A stretch of DNA of 63,863 nucleotides, the filler included, from Hyphochytrium catenoides (lineage: Eukaryota; Protista; Hyphochytriomycota), in assembly GCA_900088475.1 (NCBI GenBank). It is 7 parts of 7 records of this genome, joined end to end, with 100 filler letters (N's around TTAATTAATTAA, not from the genome) between each part and the next. Parts side by side here need not be neighbours in the genome. Positions count along the whole stretch, not along the records: positions 62,359 to 63,863 come from FLMG01003072.1; 6 more parts are not named here. One strand, 5' to 3'. Positions 63,481 to 63,863 of the stretch are shown piece by piece. The translations under genes and the position numbers were made by a program. Below the pieces are notes generated by a model. The model was given only the letters and a program-made list of their open reading frames with translations, made no database searches and was not told where the DNA came from. How positions within the stretch are numbered: position 1 is the first letter of the stretch; the number at the start of each line of letters is the position of its first letter.

Positions 63481-63863
63481 GCGAGTCTAGCAGCGCCGCT
63501 GAGACACCAAGTGTGCTCTCTCTCTCTCTCTCTCTTGTCTCTCTCTCCTTTTCCGTTCAGGAAGAGAGAGAGAGAGTGTGAGAGGGCGTTTGAAGGGGGG
63601 AGCCCACCTGGGAGCTGCCTTCAACTATGCTCTTTCTCTCTTTGCTTTCTGTTTTTCCTAAGTAATAACAGGGAGATAATAAGACAGTGAAAAGTTCTCT
63701 CCTTCTGGTTGCATTTGCATTTGTTCCAAGGGAGAGCGCTCTCTCCACCGCGTCTCTTTCTCTCTCCTCTCTCTCTTTTCTCTCTCTTTCCTTTGCTCTC
63801 ATACGACAGAGCTCTCTCTCTCACTTCTATTCCATTGTACATTCTGACTGAGGCGAGAGACTC

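Noticed and set aside
1-63863. Alternative genetic code (TAA/TAG read as Gln) explaining stop-ridden relics
   Set aside because: Conserved genes end at the expected positions with TAA (RPL10A, kdsB, HACD), TAG (LIS1, DUF4246) and TGA (FAM136A, SAC1) and have no internal stops.

Overview
Eukaryotic draft-genome DNA with GT-AG spliceosomal introns and the standard genetic code. The RPL10A sequence suggests a stramenopile. The window is not contiguous: six 100-nt artificial linkers (44 N + TTAATTAATTAA + 44 N) join seven pieces (1-19761, 19862-25720, 25821-28071, 28172-55574, 55675-59460, 59561-62258, 62359-63863), so adjacency across linkers has no biological meaning. Genes reconstructed by hand: a bacterial-type HD-domain protein with a mitochondrial-like presequence (runs off the left edge); a mitochondrial-like group-3 LEA protein; CMP-Kdo synthetase (kdsB); an IQ/PH protein; a ~1990-aa SPRY + DUF4246 protein; HACD/PHS1; a very large zinc-finger/LRR protein; FAM136A; SAC1; a secreted Cys-rich repeat protein; the 3' part of LIS1; and RPL10A. 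Much of the rest is (CT)n/(GA)n microsatellite or decayed coding-like relics, and most short ORFs in the supplied track are microsatellite or antisense artefacts. Best leads: the SPRY-DUF4246 fusion, the HD-domain enzyme, the secreted modular precursor with a nearby 330-nt fold-back, intron-containing kdsB, and introns with complementary GA-rich 5' and CT-rich 3' halves. Family assignments come from motif recognition only; no database search was run.
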